This document shows, one piece after another, positions 18,390 to 28,986 of a DNA stretch of 64,000 nt. The notes beneath the pieces were generated by a model. The model was not told the DNA's origin, did not search any database, and saw nothing but the letters and a program-made list of their open reading frames with translations. Both the position numbers and the translations under genes were made by a program. Position 1 is the stretch's first letter, and every line of letters begins with the position of its first letter. Source of the DNA: Candidatus Acidiferrum sp. (GTDB lineage Bacteria > Acidobacteriota > Terriglobia > Acidiferrales > UBA7541); NCBI GenBank assembly GCA_049516615.1, contig JBEKSZ010000004.1, forward strand, positions 3,170 to 67,169. The letters are read 5' to 3'.

Positions 18390-19442
18390 ATGAAATTGTC
18401 GCAAGTCGCTGAAACGCTCGGATGCCGCCTCGAAGGTGCGCCCGAGCTTGAAATCACCGGCATCGCCGGCATCGAACACGCCGAACCTGGCCAGCTCACC
18501 TTTCTGGCTAACCGCCGTTACGCCTCGCTGCTAAAGAACACTCGCGCCTCAGCGGTCTTTATCGAAGAGCGGGTCAACCTGACGCGCGACGCCGGCGCCC
18601 CGCCACTCGCTGCGCTCCGCACCGCCAATCCCTACCTGGCGTTTGCCAAAGCGCTTGAGCTCTTTCACCAGCCGCCCAGCTACAAGCCCGGCATCCACCC
18701 CACATCCGTGATTGCCAGCACCGCGCGCATCGGCGACGGCGCGCACATCGGCCCGTACTGCTTTGTCGACGAGCAGGTCGAGCTCGGCAGGAACGCCGTG
18801 TTGCACAGTTTCGTTTCCGTTTATCACGGCGCAAAAATCGGCGACGACTTCTTCGCCCATGCGCACACCGTCGTCCGCGAGTATTGCCGCATCGGCGATC
18901 GTGTAATCCTGCAGAACGGCGCAGTCATCGGCTCCGACGGCTTTGGCTTCGCCAAGCAAAAGGACGGCAGCTGGTACAAAATCGTACAGTCTGGACCAGC
19001 TGTGCTCGAAGATGACGTGGAGGTTCAGGCCAACTCCTGCATCGATCGCGCCACCATAGGCGAAACCCGCATCGGCCGCGGCGCAAAGCTGGACGATCTG
19101 GTTCTGGTGGGTCACGCATCTAGGATCGGCGCCAATACCTTACTCTGTGGTCAGGTGGGATTGGCCGGCTCGACCATCGTGGGCGAGAATTGCATCTTTG
19201 CCGGCCAATCCGCCAGCTCCGGCCACCTCAACGTTGGCGACGGCGTAATTGTCACCGCGCAAAGCGGCCTCCCCGGCGACGTCGAGCCCGGCGCCATCCG
19301 CTCCGGTTCCCCGGCCGTTGACAATCGCCTATGGCTAAAGGTTACCGCTGTCCTAAATCGCCTTCCCGAACTGCAAAAGCGCGTCAACCAACTCGAGCGC
19401 GAACTCGCCGAACTAGAAAGTTTGCGAAAAGCTTCCCTATAG
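18390..19442 (+). CDS. lpxD: UDP-3-O-(3-hydroxymyristoyl)glucosamine N-acyltransferase
   Basis: ATG 18390 after GAGGAG; GQLTFLAN, NPYLAFA, hexapeptide repeats, IGSDGFGF, IDRAT.GET. Confidence 0.96.
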   Translation: MKLSQVAETLGCRLEGAPELEITGIAGIEHAEPGQLTFLANRRYASLLKNTRASAVFIEERVNLTRDAGAPPLAALRTANPYLAFAKALELFHQPPSYKPGIHPTSVIASTARIGDGAHIGPYCFVDEQVELGRNAVLHSFVSVYHGAKIGDDFFAHAHTVVREYCRIGDRVILQNGAVIGSDGFGFAKQKDGSWYKIVQSGPAVLEDDVEVQANSCIDRATIGETRIGRGAKLDDLVLVGHASRIGANTLLCGQVGLAGSTIVGENCIFAGQSASSGHLNVGDGVIVTAQSGLPGDVEPGAIRSGSPAVDNRLWLKVTAVLNRLPELQKRVNQLERELAELESLRKASL

Positions 19443-19496
19443 TGAAGGCGACAACCCGAGGTCCGAGGAATCAAAGATTACTGAAGAGGTTGGAAA

Positions 19497-19847
19497 ATGA
19501 ACGGACACATTCCCGAGGTGGTCACGCTGAAGGCTGAAGGTTCGACGGATTTAGCCTACGACAATCATCCGATTGCTGCCGTCAACGACCATGTCGTTCG
19601 CATGGCCACCATGACAGAACCCTATCACTGGCATTTTCATCCGAACTCCGACGAGACATTTCTGGTGATTGAAGGACGGCTGGCCATCGAGTTCGAAAGC
19701 GGATCGCTCGTGCTCGACCCTGGGCAATTGCTTACCATCCCGCGCGGAGTCCGCCACCGGACCCGGCCGGTCGGCGGACGAACCGTGAACCTCACGTTCG
19801 AGTCGGCGAATTCCGAAACCGTGGCCGTCGGACGGCCGGGGAAATGA
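19497..19847 (+). CDS. Cupin domain protein
   Basis: WHFHPNSDETFLVIEG and IPRGVRHRT cupin motifs; GAGG upstream. Confidence 0.88.
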   Translation: MNGHIPEVVTLKAEGSTDLAYDNHPIAAVNDHVVRMATMTEPYHWHFHPNSDETFLVIEGRLAIEFESGSLVLDPGQLLTIPRGVRHRTRPVGGRTVNLTFESANSETVAVGRPGK

Positions 19848-19862
19848 TCCGCGCGGATTCGG

Positions 19863-20612
19863 TCATGCGCCGGAGCCGCCATCCTCACGGCCTGTAAATC
19901 CCGCAGGCCGCTGTTCGGGCGGCAGCCCCGCAGCCATGGCCTCATGCACGAGATCGTTCAATGCCTCTCGTTGCGCCAAAGCGTACTTTGACGAATCGAT
20001 GGGGGCGAGAAACTCCACGAGAATTTCCCCTGGGTGAATAACCAAAGACTTTTTGACCATCACGCGATGCGCGCCGGAACAGGCCACCGGCACAATCTGC
20101 ACCCCGGCGTTGATCGCCATCATCACCGCGCCTTTTTTAAACGGCTGCAGTCGCCCGTCCGGACTGCGCGTGCCCTCGGGGTAAATTAGGAATGACTGCC
20201 CGTTGCGCATTGCCACGGTAGCTTGGTCCACACTGGAAATTGCCGATTCCCGGGACTGGCGGTCCACGGGAATAAATCGCGCCGCAAGAAACGCCCGTCC
20301 CACCACCGGCCAGCGGAACAGCGAGGCCTTGAGCAAAATAGCGATGCGCCGCGGTATGGCTCCGACGACCGCCGGAGCATCCATGGCGCTCGTGTGATTC
20401 GCCACAAACAGGCAGGTTCCCGGAGGAATGCGCTCGGTGCCCGCGACGCGCACTTTCACGCCCGCGAGCCGCACAAAAAACATCACCCCATTAATCCCCG
20501 CCCAATAAATCGGGTCGGGATTTCTGGTGATCAGCGTGTACACAATCAGTGGCGGCCCAACCAGCAGAATGTACAGTGAGAGAAACAGCGAAATAAAAAT
20601 AGTCCGCAACAT
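19863..20612 (-). CDS. plsC: 1-acyl-sn-glycerol-3-phosphate acyltransferase (PlsC family)
   Basis: NHTSAMD (HX4D), FIPVDR, YPEGTRS, PFKKGA. Confidence 0.88.
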   Translation of the reverse strand: MLRTIFISLFLSLYILLVGPPLIVYTLITRNPDPIYWAGINGVMFFVRLAGVKVRVAGTERIPPGTCLFVANHTSAMDAPAVVGAIPRRIAILLKASLFRWPVVGRAFLAARFIPVDRQSRESAISSVDQATVAMRNGQSFLIYPEGTRSPDGRLQPFKKGAVMMAINAGVQIVPVACSGAHRVMVKKSLVIHPGEILVEFLAPIDSSKYALAQREALNDLVHEAMAAGLPPEQRPAGFTGREDGGSGA

Positions 20613-20907
20613 GCCGCCCAACATGGAACCACGACCGCGCCGCCGCGGCAACTTGTCGAGTGCGGGTGTCGCCACCGCGCGGCCCGGGAGGCTGGGCCGC
20701 GGAGGCGTGGGCGCACACCTTGATCAAGCCGGGCCATACCGCGACAAATTCCTCGCCGGCCGCGGCAAACCGCCAAGGCCTCAGCTTGCTTTGGCCGCCC
20801 GGGGTTTATCCCGTCCTAGAGAAGCCATGAGCGCAGAACGCCGCACCAGCGGGAAGAGGTTAGCGATGCCTGCGGCGCGTTAACCTCAAAAACAACCCAG
20901 AGAAACT

Positions 20908-22704
20908 CTACGGAGCCTGCCAGGTAGTGCCATGCAGCAGCCCGTCGCGAATGATCCGAGCTTGTTCCGCGGCGTGGGGCGTTTCCGCGATTTCGTACTG
21001 TACTTCCTTCATCTCGCCTAGAGTCACGTCGATGTTGCTTTCCTTTTCGTCCCGCCGAATGCGCAAATGCAGCGTGCCCCCGGCCTTCTGGTCGAGGACC
21101 CAGCGCTCGAGATGGCGCGGCACATCGCCGCCGTTCCAGGAGACGATCGTGTCATTGACGTGCAATCCGGCTTGCGCCGCACCGCCGGAATCCTCCACGC
21201 TGCGCACCAGAACCACGCCGCTAGCATCGCGTTCCGCGAAAAAGCCCAGCACTCCGCGCTTGTGTTCCACACTCCGCAAGTCGAGGCCCGCCAAGCCCAG
21301 GATTTGCTGGTACGGGAGTGCATCGGTTCCCGCCACGTAGCGCGAAAAGAACTCCTCAAACGAGCCACCCGCGACCTTCTCGGCGCTCGCGCGCACATCC
21401 TGGCTGTCGTTATAGGTTTTGCCGGGCTTTGCAAAATCCGTGTTCATCTCGCGCAGCACATCGTCGAGGCTCGCGTGATTCCCGGTTCTATCGCGGATCA
21501 GAATATCCAGCAGTACACCCAGAATTTGTCCCTTGGTATAGTACGAGACGCTTTCTTCGGCGCGGTTATAAAGCGCATATTTTTCTAGCCACGCGTCCAG
21601 GCTCGACTGCTCTGCACTTTGCCAGGTCTCCGCGGGACGCCCTTCCAACTCCGTAATCTGCTGGCCGAGGTCATCATAGAATTGCTGCTTGTTCCACAAT
21701 CCGGCACGCAACAGCGTGTACGAACCGTAGGTACTGGTCACACCCTCGGCAAACCACAACGCGCGCGTGTACTGCTCCTTGGTGTAATCCACCGGTTCGA
21801 GCGAAGCCGGCCGGATGCGCTTCACGTTCCACAAGTGAAAAAATTCATGCGCGGCCACGCCCTCCAAGTACTCGTCTGAGGGCACATTGATCGCCGCCCC
21901 GTCGCCGTGCTCCATTCCTCCACCGGCTCCCGCGGCTGCTTTTCCGACGTGCAGGATAAATGTGTAACTCCTGAACGGCGCGCCCTCCATCAGCTTCAAC
22001 TCGTATTTACAGATGCGCGTCAGCTCCTCTTCCACTCGTTTCTTTTTGTAGTTGTCGCCGTGAATCACCACGCGGACGCTCGGCTTGATGTCCGGCAGCA
22101 CGAAGTCTTCAAACCTGCCTGCTTCGACCGGAGAGTCCGCGAGTGCATCGTAACTTTCCGCCGTACCGCAGGAATTTGTGGCATTTGCGGTGCTATCCCC
22201 GAGGTAGAGCGTCGTGCGCCAGTCTCTCGGCACCTCCGCCAGACACAATCGCGTCTCTTCCTGGCGCCGCTTGGTCGCGTACATCAGAATCATCGCCGGA
22301 TTAATGAAAGCGTGCTCGCTGTTCAGCTGCGCAGCGAACGGACCGGCCTCGTCCCAATATGTGGTGTAGCGCAGGGTGATGGTTCCGCTACCCGTCACGC
22401 GCCAGGTAAGCTTATCGAGTTTTTCGACAGGAGCGCTTCGGCCGTCCGCGAACGCCGCAACCTGCGCGACGTGTCCGCTGAAATCGCGAACCTGATAGAG
22501 CGCGTTCCACGCCGGCATCTGCACGGAGATCTCGGTTTCCACGTCAGGGATGGTAATGGTTACGGCGAAGACATGCTGCTCAGGGTGCGCGAGCGAAACA
22601 TCGTAGCGAATCGTGCCCCAGACCGCCGAGGGGAAGAAAAAAGACCCCGCCAAAATGCCGGCGCCAGAAAGGAGATTGTGAATCGCGCGGCGGAAGCCTC
22701 TCAC
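20908..22704 (-). CDS. M61 family glycyl aminopeptidase with PDZ domain, exported
   Basis: GGGMEH, AHEFFHLWNVKRIRP, LWFAEGVTS.Y, SYYTKG, C-terminal PDZ. GTG start overlaps the mpl stop. Confidence 0.92.
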   Translation of the reverse strand: MRGFRRAIHNLLSGAGILAGSFFFPSAVWGTIRYDVSLAHPEQHVFAVTITIPDVETEISVQMPAWNALYQVRDFSGHVAQVAAFADGRSAPVEKLDKLTWRVTGSGTITLRYTTYWDEAGPFAAQLNSEHAFINPAMILMYATKRRQEETRLCLAEVPRDWRTTLYLGDSTANATNSCGTAESYDALADSPVEAGRFEDFVLPDIKPSVRVVIHGDNYKKKRVEEELTRICKYELKLMEGAPFRSYTFILHVGKAAAGAGGGMEHGDGAAINVPSDEYLEGVAAHEFFHLWNVKRIRPASLEPVDYTKEQYTRALWFAEGVTSTYGSYTLLRAGLWNKQQFYDDLGQQITELEGRPAETWQSAEQSSLDAWLEKYALYNRAEESVSYYTKGQILGVLLDILIRDRTGNHASLDDVLREMNTDFAKPGKTYNDSQDVRASAEKVAGGSFEEFFSRYVAGTDALPYQQILGLAGLDLRSVEHKRGVLGFFAERDASGVVLVRSVEDSGGAAQAGLHVNDTIVSWNGGDVPRHLERWVLDQKAGGTLHLRIRRDEKESNIDVTLGEMKEVQYEIAETPHAAEQARIIRDGLLHGTTWQAP

Positions 22705-24149
22705 CGGCGGGTGGCCTCGGCAGGCTGCCCTACTCCACTCTCCAGTTTGTTCAACAACTTTCCGCACAACCCGTCAAAGCTGCCATTGGACATAACCAGC
22801 AGCACGTCTCCAGGGGCGGTCTCGGCAGCGACAAATTCCGCAATGGCATCCGAGCCGCCGAGTACACGAGCATCCTTGCCTAAGGCGCGCAGACCCTCCG
22901 CCACGCTTTCCGGGTTCATGCGATTTTCATCTCCGAGCTGCTGCGCGCGAAACACGCCGCCCAGCACCACACGGTCAGCCAGCGCCAGCGATTGCGGCAG
23001 GGTCTCTTCGAATATCTTCCGCCGCATCGAATTTGAGCGCGGCTCCAGTATCGCCCACAGCCGGCGCCCGGGCCAGCGCCCGCGCGCGGCCTCGATGGTT
23101 ACGCGTACCGCCGTGGGATGGTGCGCAAAATCGTCCACCACCAGCACCCCGCCGATTTCGCCCTTGACGTCCATACGCCGCTTCACGCTGCGGAACGTCG
23201 CCAGCGCCTGGGCGATGGCTGGCGCGGAAATTCCGCGTCCGTGCGCCACAGCTGTGGCCGCCATGGCGTTCAGGACGTTGTGCCGGCCGGTGGCCGCCAA
23301 AACAAATTCGCCAAAATGCTGCCCCCCTCGCGTCACGGCAAATGTCATCCCGTCGCGGTGCGGCACAGCGCGCGTGGCCACCCAATCATTGTCCGCGTTA
23401 AATCCAAAGGTCTCCACCTGGCAATGCGCTTTGGCAGCGGCCCGGCGCAGCGCGGGGCCCGATTGCTCGGTGTCGCCCCAAATTACGACCCGCCCGCGTC
23501 GCGGCACGAGATTCACAAGCCGCTGAAATGCCAGTTCGTAAGTCGCGAAGTCCGGATAAATATCCGCGTGGTCATACTCCAGGGAAGTGATAATCAACTC
23601 GTCAGGATGGTAGTGAAAAAATTTCGGCCCGCGGTCCCAGAAGGCCGTTTCGTATTCATCGCCTTCCAAAATAAACTCTTCACCGCCGCCCAAGCCATAG
23701 CTCTTGCCAAAATTCTCCGCCACCCCGCCCACCAAGAAATTTGGTCGCCGGCCAGCCGTCGCGAAAATCCAGGCCAGCATGGCGGTGGTGGTGGTTTTTC
23801 CATGCGTCCCGCTGACAACGATGGAATACCGTCCGGGCAGGAATACCTCTTCGAGCATTTCCGGCAACGAGCGGTACGGGATCTTGCGGTCCAGCACTTC
23901 TTCCAATTCAGGATTTCCGCGCGCAATGATGTTTCCCACCACCACCAGATCCGGCGTTTCCGCCAGATGCGCGGCATCAAACGTGTCGAAGAACGGTATG
24001 CCCAGATCGTTCAGCAGCGTCGAAGCCGGCGGATACACTCCGCAATCGGATCCGGTGACGGCAAATCCCTTCTCGCACAGCATACCCGCGAGCGGTGCCA
24101 TGGCCGAGCCGCCGATGCCCAGAATGTGTACGCGTTTCGCTGTTGTCAT
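22701..24149 (-). CDS. mpl: Murein peptide ligase
   Basis: HILGIGGSAM, SGTHGKTTT, EGDEYETAFWD..PKF.HY.P, DDFAHHPTA, EPRSNS, MSNGSFDG. Confidence 0.92.
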   Translation of the reverse strand: MTTAKRVHILGIGGSAMAPLAGMLCEKGFAVTGSDCGVYPPASTLLNDLGIPFFDTFDAAHLAETPDLVVVGNIIARGNPELEEVLDRKIPYRSLPEMLEEVFLPGRYSIVVSGTHGKTTTTAMLAWIFATAGRRPNFLVGGVAENFGKSYGLGGGEEFILEGDEYETAFWDRGPKFFHYHPDELIITSLEYDHADIYPDFATYELAFQRLVNLVPRRGRVVIWGDTEQSGPALRRAAAKAHCQVETFGFNADNDWVATRAVPHRDGMTFAVTRGGQHFGEFVLAATGRHNVLNAMAATAVAHGRGISAPAIAQALATFRSVKRRMDVKGEIGGVLVVDDFAHHPTAVRVTIEAARGRWPGRRLWAILEPRSNSMRRKIFEETLPQSLALADRVVLGGVFRAQQLGDENRMNPESVAEGLRALGKDARVLGGSDAIAEFVAAETAPGDVLLVMSNGSFDGLCGKLLNKLESGVGQPAEATRR

Positions 24150-25114
24150 GCGCTCACCGCTGGTTCCAGTATCTCCAAAACGCCCGCTCCTTCTGACACA
24201 AGTTTTCCCCGCACGCCTAGCGGCACCGTCAACATCGCACGCGCCGTATGCCCCAGCGGCGCTCCGAACACAACCGGAATGCCGAGCGGAGTCAGGATGC
24301 GCGCGCAGACATCGCGTACCGAAGCGGTGCCCGTGACCGGCGGCTCGCACTCGGGAAAATCTCCGAGCACAATACCGCGCACGTCAACAAACTTGCCCGC
24401 CTGCGCTAGATGCATCAATGCGCGATCCACTTGCCACGGCTTCATCCCGCGATCCTCGAGCAAGAGCAGTGCGCCGCGCGTGTCCAGTTCCCACGGCGTG
24501 CCCAAAGTCGTCTCCACCAGTGTCATGCAACCGCCGAGAACTCTACCCTCTCTGGCCCCGCCAACCATGGCTTCGCCTTGCAGCGGAATCGACCATGTTC
24601 CGGCCGTTTGAAACAGCGCAGCCTCGAGCGAGGCCAGGTCAAATCCCCGCGCATTTCCTGCACCGCCATCGAATCCCGCCGCGACCATCGGCCCATAAAG
24701 CGTCACCCAACGGTAACGCTGCCACAAAAAAATCTGCAGTGAAGTCAGGTCGCTGTAGCCCAAAATGATCTTCGCGCGATCACCGCGAGGAATATGAAGT
24801 CCATCTAGCAAATAATTGGAGCCATATCCCCCGCGAATCCCGACAAGGGCCTCGACATCGTCGCGTTCTAACCCGGCAAAAAAGTCGCGACGCCGCTCAT
24901 CGGTCGAACCAGCGACAAAACCCTGCGGCGCGCGCAGCGGGTATTCGAGCGTGCGCAGTCCGAGCCCTTGCAGCCCCGGCAACCCCGCCGCAACCTTTTC
25001 GGCTGCCGCCGGCGATGCCGGACCGAACGGCAGCACCGCGCTCCTTGCGCGCAATGCACGCGGTTTGAGCACCATTTTTTCCCGGGTTCCGGCGGGCTCG
25101 GCGCTAACGCTCAT
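24146..25114 (-). CDS. ldcA: LD-carboxypeptidase (S66)
   Basis: RGGYGS, GYSDLT (Ser), LLED (Glu), GH (His) triad; translationally coupled to mpl. Confidence 0.9.
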   Translation of the reverse strand: MSVSAEPAGTREKMVLKPRALRARSAVLPFGPASPAAAEKVAAGLPGLQGLGLRTLEYPLRAPQGFVAGSTDERRRDFFAGLERDDVEALVGIRGGYGSNYLLDGLHIPRGDRAKIILGYSDLTSLQIFLWQRYRWVTLYGPMVAAGFDGGAGNARGFDLASLEAALFQTAGTWSIPLQGEAMVGGAREGRVLGGCMTLVETTLGTPWELDTRGALLLLEDRGMKPWQVDRALMHLAQAGKFVDVRGIVLGDFPECEPPVTGTASVRDVCARILTPLGIPVVFGAPLGHTARAMLTVPLGVRGKLVSEGAGVLEILEPAVSA

Positions 25115-25821
25115 CCGTTCTGTCTTTCGACGGGGAACATCTCGCAAGTCACGCCGGGCTGCGTCAACGCCGCAAGCAGTTTTTCCTGCTGCCGGTGGCT
25201 AACCTCGGCGTCAAACTGGATCACATTTTTCCCCGCAGCTACGACCGCTGAGGCTGCGCCCAGATTCTGGCCCCCCGGCCCCCCGGCCATCGACACTTGA
25301 AAATTATCCAGCGCGATATCGAAATCACTGAAGATGCGATGCACAAAGGCCACCATGTCCAGCGAGACGTCGCCGGTGAGACGAAAAAGCATGTAACGCG
25401 GCTTGAGGTTGCACCAATTTTCCACGTAAAAAAACAGAGTCAGCGAACCGATGGTAGCGGCGCAAGCGATCCCCGAAACCGCGTACAAACCGCCCCCAGC
25501 GGTCATGCCGATGGCCGCCATGGCAAAGATCGTCGCTGCCGTCGTCATTCCCACCACGCTGCCGCGCTCGCGCAGTATTGCGCCCGCACCCAGAAATCCA
25601 ATACCCTGCACAATGTTGGAGGCAATGCGGGTAGTCGAGGTGTCGCCGGTCCGCTTGGCAAGCTCGACGGAAACAATCGTAAACAATGCCGAGGCCATAC
25701 ACACACAAAAGCCTGTGCGCATTCCCGCCGGCCGGCGCCGAAAACTCCGCTCCAACCCGATAGCCGCGCCGAGCAGCCCGCCCCACAGCAGCCGCAACAC
25801 AATGATGCTCAATGGCAGCAT
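25111..25821 (-). CDS. MgtC/SapB family membrane protein with C-terminal ACT-like domain
   Basis: IGLER...PAGMRT, RIASNIVQGIGFLGAGAI, GMTTAATI. Confidence 0.92.
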   Translation of the reverse strand: MLPLSIIVLRLLWGGLLGAAIGLERSFRRRPAGMRTGFCVCMASALFTIVSVELAKRTGDTSTTRIASNIVQGIGFLGAGAILRERGSVVGMTTAATIFAMAAIGMTAGGGLYAVSGIACAATIGSLTLFFYVENWCNLKPRYMLFRLTGDVSLDMVAFVHRIFSDFDIALDNFQVSMAGGPGGQNLGAASAVVAAGKNVIQFDAEVSHRQQEKLLAALTQPGVTCEMFPVERQNG

Positions 25822-25865
25822 GTTTTCTCGCGCTAAAATTGAACGCCTGGCAAAATATTAGGACA

Positions 25866-26774
25866 TTACAAGGTGAATTGCGTCAGTTTCGCGAAATGCC
25901 GTGCCCTGGCGTGTATCTCGCTACGTTTTAAGGTTTCCAGCCGATCCAAGCCGAATTTCTCTACCGTGAAGCTGCCGAGCACCGAGCCGTAAACCATCGC
26001 GCGCCGCAGCGCCAAATCGTTCTTTTTGCCGACACTGGCCAAATATCCCATGAATCCACCCGCGAAACTGTCGCCCGCTCCGGTTGGATCGTGAGGTTCT
26101 TCCAGGGGAAAGGCCGGCACACAAAAGACGCCGCGCTTATCCACCATCATCGCGCCATACTCGCCGCGCTTCACGATTAGGGTCGAGGGCCCCATCTTGA
26201 AAATGTGCTTGGCCGCCAGCAGCAGATTGTGTTCGTCCGACAGCTCGCGCGTCTCCGAATCGTTGATCATCAGGATATCGACATGCTTCAGCGCCTCGCG
26301 CAGCGCGCTGTTGCTGCCCGAGATCCAGTAGTTCATAGTGTCCAGGGCCGCGACCTTCGGGCGCACCGTAACCTGGCGCAGCACATCGATCTGCAGCTCT
26401 GGAGCGATATTTGCCAGGAACACAAATTGCGATTTTTTGTACTTTTCCGGCAGTTTGGGCTTGAACCCGGCAAAAACGTTCAATTCCGTCGCTAATGTAA
26501 CGCGTTCGTTCAGATTCTCAGAATACTTTCCCGCCCAAAAAAACGTCTTGCCCTCGGCATGCTCCAGCCCTTCGATATCGATATGCCGCCCTTTGAAAAT
26601 CGCGGCATCCTTCGAGGTGAAATCGTCGCCCACGATTCCCACCAGATTCACGGGAGTGAAAAAACTGGCGGCCACCGCAAAGTACGTCGCCGCCCCGCCC
26701 AACGCGCGGTCTACCTTGCCGTGCGGACTCTCCAACGCATCGAACGCTACCGAACCCACCACGAGTAAAGACAA
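25866..26774 (-). CDS. PfkB-family carbohydrate/nucleoside kinase
   Basis: VVGSVAFD, LGGAATY, DTMNYW, INDSE, DPTGAGDSFAGG; TTG start after AGGAG. Confidence 0.92.
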   Translation of the reverse strand: MSLLVVGSVAFDALESPHGKVDRALGGAATYFAVAASFFTPVNLVGIVGDDFTSKDAAIFKGRHIDIEGLEHAEGKTFFWAGKYSENLNERVTLATELNVFAGFKPKLPEKYKKSQFVFLANIAPELQIDVLRQVTVRPKVAALDTMNYWISGSNSALREALKHVDILMINDSETRELSDEHNLLLAAKHIFKMGPSTLIVKRGEYGAMMVDKRGVFCVPAFPLEEPHDPTGAGDSFAGGFMGYLASVGKKNDLALRRAMVYGSVLGSFTVEKFGLDRLETLKRSEIHARARHFAKLTQFTL

Positions 26775-26807
26775 GATGATCTCCTTGGACCTTTTATTTG
26801 CTGGTTC

Positions 26808-27716
26808 TCACTTGGTGTCGTATTTCCCGATAATCGCCGCCAGCTTCTTCTTGGTGGCCTTGGGCACAATCTTCAGGTCAGTGATCAACGCATGTTCAAG
26901 GGCTGAACCACACCTGCAATGGCGCTCCGCATGCAGCGTTCGCACGGCCTCGCGCAAGACGTTCTGCGCATTTCCCGCATTTTGCTGGAGCATGGCCAGA
27001 ATCTGCGCGCCGGTCACCGACTCATGCTCCGGATGCCAGCAATCGTAGTCCGTGATCATGGCCAAGGTCGCGTAACAAAGCTCGGCCTCGCGCGCCAGCT
27101 TCGCTTCCGTGGCGTTGGTCATGCCAATCACTTCAAAGTGCAACTGCCGGTGCATGGTCGCTTCCGCATAGGTGGAAAACTGTGGCCCCTCCATGCAGAT
27201 GTACGTTCCTTTGCGGTGTACCGGCACGCCGCAATGTACGCTGGCATCCGCCAGGACGCCGGAAAGCTCACCACAAGTTGGGTGTGCAAAGGCAACGTGC
27301 GCTACCAATCCCTCGCCGAAAAAGGTGGAAACGCGATGCCGGGTGCGATCCACGAACTGGTCGGCCACGAGGAATTCTCCGGGCCGCAAATCCTCCTGCA
27401 GCGAACCCACTGCGCTCACGGAGATAATCCGTTCGACCCCCAGCGACTTCATGGCGTAAACGTTCGCGCGATAATTGATCTCCCCCGGCAAGATCCGGTG
27501 CCCGCGCCCATGCCGCGCCAGAAAAGCCACGCGCTTCCCTTCCAGCGTGCCCACCACAAATACCTCGGAAGGATCGCCAAGCGGCGTCTTTACGCGTACT
27601 TCTTTTGTGTCGGTCAGCCCGCTCATCGCGTACAAGCCGCTGCCCCCGATAATCCCTATGGTGGGCTTTCCGTCGTCTTTCGCACCCCTGGGCTGTTTGG
27701 CTTTTTCCGCCGCCAT
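26808..27716 (-). CDS. mtnP: S-methyl-5'-thioadenosine phosphorylase
   Basis: IGIIGGSGLY, FLARHGRGH, MEGPQFST.AE, IGMT, TDYDCW. Confidence 0.95.
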   Translation of the reverse strand: MAAEKAKQPRGAKDDGKPTIGIIGGSGLYAMSGLTDTKEVRVKTPLGDPSEVFVVGTLEGKRVAFLARHGRGHRILPGEINYRANVYAMKSLGVERIISVSAVGSLQEDLRPGEFLVADQFVDRTRHRVSTFFGEGLVAHVAFAHPTCGELSGVLADASVHCGVPVHRKGTYICMEGPQFSTYAEATMHRQLHFEVIGMTNATEAKLAREAELCYATLAMITDYDCWHPEHESVTGAQILAMLQQNAGNAQNVLREAVRTLHAERHCRCGSALEHALITDLKIVPKATKKKLAAIIGKYDTK

Positions 27717-27802
27717 TCATCGCTCTCCCGCAAACCTCTCGATACCCGGTCTGGGCCGCCTGCTGCGCACCCCGCGAGGGGAGCGTGTACTCGATCCACC
27801 CT

Positions 27803-28765
27803 CTAGGCTACCACGCCGCTTCTGGCCACAATCTGATTGACCGCGGTAAACGGATCCATGCGCCGCGCGGCCACTTCGCCCGCCAATTTTGCGAGCAAAT
27901 CTTCCCCCGCCGCGCCCCCGAGACACCGTTCGAGCACCCGGGACTGAAGCATTTCGACCAGCCGTTTCTTCCAGTGTTCCAGGCGCTTCGATTCGCGCTC
28001 GCCGCGCGTCCTAAAATGCTCGCGAAATCGATCTATCGTCCCGGCCAGCTCCGCAATCCCCTTGTTCTCCGACGCCACTGTCCGCAGCACGGGAGGATGC
28101 CAGCCTTCGCGCGGCATCACCAGCGACAGCATGGCGTCCAGTTGCTGGTGCAAGCGGTCCGCGCCTTCGCGCTCGGCCTTGTTCAGAACAAAAATGTCGG
28201 CAATCTCCATCAACCCGGCCTTCATATTCTGTATATCGTCACCGAGGCCAGGAACCATCACCACCAAAACACAATCCGCCAGCCGCACAATATCAATCTC
28301 GTCCTGTCCGACGCCGACGGTTTCGATCAGCAACTCTTGCTTGCCCGCCGCATCGAGCAGCAGCGCCACTTCCGCCGTGGCTCGCGCTAGCCCGCCCAAA
28401 AATCCCCGCGTAGCCATGGAGCGGATAAACATGCCCGCATCTCCGGCGTGGCCCTGCATGCGGATCCGGTCGCCCAAGATCGCCCCGCCGGTGTACGGCG
28501 AACTGGGATCGACCGCGATGACCCCAACGTGCTCATCGCGTTTCCGGTAAAACGCCGCCAGTCGGTCGACCAGCGTGCTCTTCCCCGTTCCCGGTGCACC
28601 AGTCACCCCGCACAAATACGCCTTCCCGGTAAAGGCAAACAGCGCCCGCAGCAATTCCTCGGCCGCGGGTTCATGATTTTCGACCGCGGTAATCGCTCTG
28701 GAAAGCGCGCGCACGTCTCCCGCCCGCACCTGCCTAGCCCACTCCTCCACCGCTATCCCCATCAC
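27803..28765 (-). CDS. meaB: Methylmalonyl-CoA mutase-associated GTPase
   Basis: TGAPGTGKST, AVDPSSP.TGGAILGDRIRM, RSMATRG, ETVGVGQDE, NKAE. Confidence 0.95.
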   Translation of the reverse strand: MMGIAVEEWARQVRAGDVRALSRAITAVENHEPAAEELLRALFAFTGKAYLCGVTGAPGTGKSTLVDRLAAFYRKRDEHVGVIAVDPSSPYTGGAILGDRIRMQGHAGDAGMFIRSMATRGFLGGLARATAEVALLLDAAGKQELLIETVGVGQDEIDIVRLADCVLVVMVPGLGDDIQNMKAGLMEIADIFVLNKAEREGADRLHQQLDAMLSLVMPREGWHPPVLRTVASENKGIAELAGTIDRFREHFRTRGERESKRLEHWKKRLVEMLQSRVLERCLGGAAGEDLLAKLAGEVAARRMDPFTAVNQIVARSGVVA

Positions 28766-28973
28766 ACTTCCCGTCGGCGACGCGTCTTGGTCATCTTGCT
28801 AGGGACGCAGCATGCCCGCGTGCCTAGATTAGGATCCATCCATGTCTCAGCAAATGTACTTGAAGCGCGCGGCCCGGCTCAGGGACCGCACTACACCTTA
28901 CCACTCAGCGCCGCAATTCGCAGTGCGCCGCGCAGCGGGCAATGCAAAAGCTCAAAATGCCCGCTTCCCGCCG

Positions 28974-28979
28974 TATAAT
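28974..28979 (+). promoter_or_regulatory. Perfect -10 box of a probable leaderless promoter
   Basis: TATAAT 7 nt upstream of in-frame ATG 28987. Confidence 0.55.
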
Positions 28980-28986
28980 GCTGCGC

